Assembly (NCBI RefSeq): GCF_001194135.2
Contig: NC_068991.1
Location: 52,322,242-52,374,395 of the forward strand
Source: Octopus bimaculoides
Taxonomy: Eukaryota
DNA length: 52,154 nucleotides
Direction: 5' to 3'
The notes under the pieces are model-generated. The model searched no databases, was not told the origin of the DNA, and saw nothing but the letters and a program-made list of their open reading frames with translations. Shown piece after piece: positions 50,084 through 52,154 of the stretch. How positions within the stretch are numbered: position 1 is the first letter of the stretch; every line of letters starts with the position of its first letter. A program made the translations under genes and the position numbers.

Positions 50084-50521
50084 GGGCACAGAACGTCATG
50101 AAACGTGTACAACAAAAAAAATACGAAGTACGAGTACATGGAATATGAACTATTTTTTCGAACAACGAAAGACACAAATGGGAAACAAGACAAACAACAT
50201 AAAGAACGACCCTTCATCAGTTGTTGGATGTTTTTCCACTCTCGTATTTCGAGTATTTAACAACAATATATGCATTCGATAAAACAGTTGCTCCCACAAA
50301 GCAAATTAAATAAAATTTGGGATTTTGCTGAGGGTCAAAATTGGTAACATAAATAGGACAGTGACAACAAACAGGAAGAGCAGCTAAGCCTAAACGAGGA
50401 TGTGGTGGCGAACGCGTAAATCAAGGTTGGACAGGAGACAGACAAGAACACGTCTTCCTTGTTCCAGCTAGAAGTATTTTTGACTTCTATTTTTAGCGAT
50501 GTTGGTGCTCATGTAGTGCCC
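50084..50521. mobile_element. probable MITE-like interspersed repeat inserted in (TA)n
   Basis: Short inverted ends GGGCAC...GTGCCC with TA-rich flanks; the body resembles a high-copy octopus repeat from recall. Confidence 0.4.
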
Positions 50522-50969
50522 TTGTGTATATATATATATGTGTACATATCTAATATTGTATGTATATATTTTATTAATTTGCCTGTACGGCTGATAATTC
50601 GCTTGCCACCGGTGACGGTATTTTTATAATACCATCTCTATATTTATTTAAATATATATACATATATATACATATACATACATACATATACTTACTGCAA
50701 TAAAGTAAAAAATACAATTGAAATGTACTCAAGATTCACTAGACAGATTCAGTTCTTTCATTGATATTGGGAAAAGAGAAAGTGTCAATTCGCTTTATAA
50801 GTTCATTTTTAAACTAAAGCCAGCGTTAGCGTCAGTCCAGGTGCTAATCGCTTGTGCACATGAGTTACACATCTTGGGTGTGAGAGCTGTTTACACTTTT
50901 ATTACTAACTATGTACTCTTATTTATTCTTGTATCAATCGTTCTTCTTGTGTTCTGGTGTTGTTTTAAT

Positions 50970-51190
50970 ATTCTTCTTCTTCTTCTTCTTCTTCTTCTTC
51001 TTCTTCTTCTTCTTCTTCTTCTCCTCCTCCTCCTCCTCCTCCGCTTCCTTCTTCTTCTCCTCCTCCTCCTCCGCTTCCTTCTCCTTCTTCTTCTTCTTCT
51101 TTTTCTTCTCCTCTTCCTTTTTCTTCTTTTCCTCCTGCTCCTTTTTACTACTGCTACTACCACCACCATTACCACTACCACTACTACTAA

Positions 51191-51226
<36 letters not shown>

Positions 51227-51300
51227 NNNNNNNNNNTGCTGCTGCTGCTGCTGCTACTACTACTACTTTTTCTTCTTGGTGGTGGTGGTTTTCTTGTCAT
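50970..51300. repeat. compound trinucleotide array (CTT/CCT/CTA/CCA/CTG)
   Basis: Directly visible; explains the poly-L/R/F ORFs in the track. Confidence 0.95.
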
Positions 51301-52154
51301 CGTTGCTGAAGTAGATGTTTATGCCGGTGCTGCTGTTTTATATCACTTTGGCGTTATCCCATAACTTTTACTTTTTTTTTATTAGAGCTAACCCCTACAC
51401 ATTTGTTACAATGTTTCTCCGAAAGATCTTCGGATAAATTCCCTCTTTTTNNNNNNNNNNCCCTCTTTTTTTTTTTTTTTTGGCTTTGACAAGTAAATTT
51501 TTAGGATTGACGCCATTACCGGTACCACGCCCCTCATAACTTTCTCCCAACGCTCCTCCCTCTTCAAACATTAAACTTGTTGACAATTATAATAAAAATA
51601 TTTGTCCGCCGACTGCAGACAACGAAGGAAAATCACAGTTCCTCCTCTAATTAAGGGAGACACTGACAGTTTTTGACCCTTCTATTTCCAAAAAAAAAAA
51701 CGTCTTCAACAATTATAACGATAAAAACTCTAAATTACGCCAAAATAATGAAAATAAAGTAAACTTACTGGGTGTGGATATTTAGGATCAGAGCAGCTTG
51801 GAGATGATTACGATGATGAGGAAGAGGAAAGTAGTGGTAATGATGATTATGACAAAGACGATGACGACGATGGTGGTGGTGATGTGGTGGTAGTGGTGGT
51901 GATTGAGATGCTGCTGCTGCTGATCCTTTTATGGCCACAAGGGCTCATACATATAATACAAAACGTAATATAAAAAATATATGGGATATAGATGTGTGTA
52001 TATATATATATATATATATAAACAATATATGAGTATATGCATATATATGTACATGTATGTATATACGTTCATCTACATGTACATATAGATACATAACTGG
52101 GTACATGACGTGGCAAAAGAACAAGGACAAAATAGTAAACAAGGTGCAACAAAC

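Noticed and set aside
50214-50220. Minus-strand CUGAUGA in the MITE-like repeat
   Set aside because: No downstream stem II + GAAA or stem III arrangement.

Overview
This is AT-rich eukaryotic genomic DNA from a gapped short-read scaffold. Roughly 5 kb (about 10%) is N, and microsatellites are very dense. The tRNA-derived SINEs and simple-repeat load point to an octopus genome (inference from recognised repeat motifs). I found no intact protein-coding gene, rRNA, true tRNA gene or CRISPR array; almost all long ORFs in the track are N-run or microsatellite artefacts. The window is a transposon graveyard. It holds (i) a degenerate DD35D pogo (Passer/POGK-like) transposase, (ii) an internally deleted hAT element with a BED finger, one intact TIR and subterminal repeats, (iii) several RLE-type (R4/Dong-like) LINE remnants of different ages, (iv) a degenerate Penelope-like RT + GIY-YIG remnant, (v) more than 20 copies or fragments of three SINE families (my labels A, B, C), and (vi) MITE-like elements. 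The most notable observations are a minimal type-I hammerhead ribozyme fold at 43968-44013, a hAT transposase that from recall resembles an oomycete family, and a 2.6-kb element with ~220-bp inverted arms enclosing a ~620-bp near-perfect palindrome. Protein-family assignments come from motif recognition by eye, not database searches.
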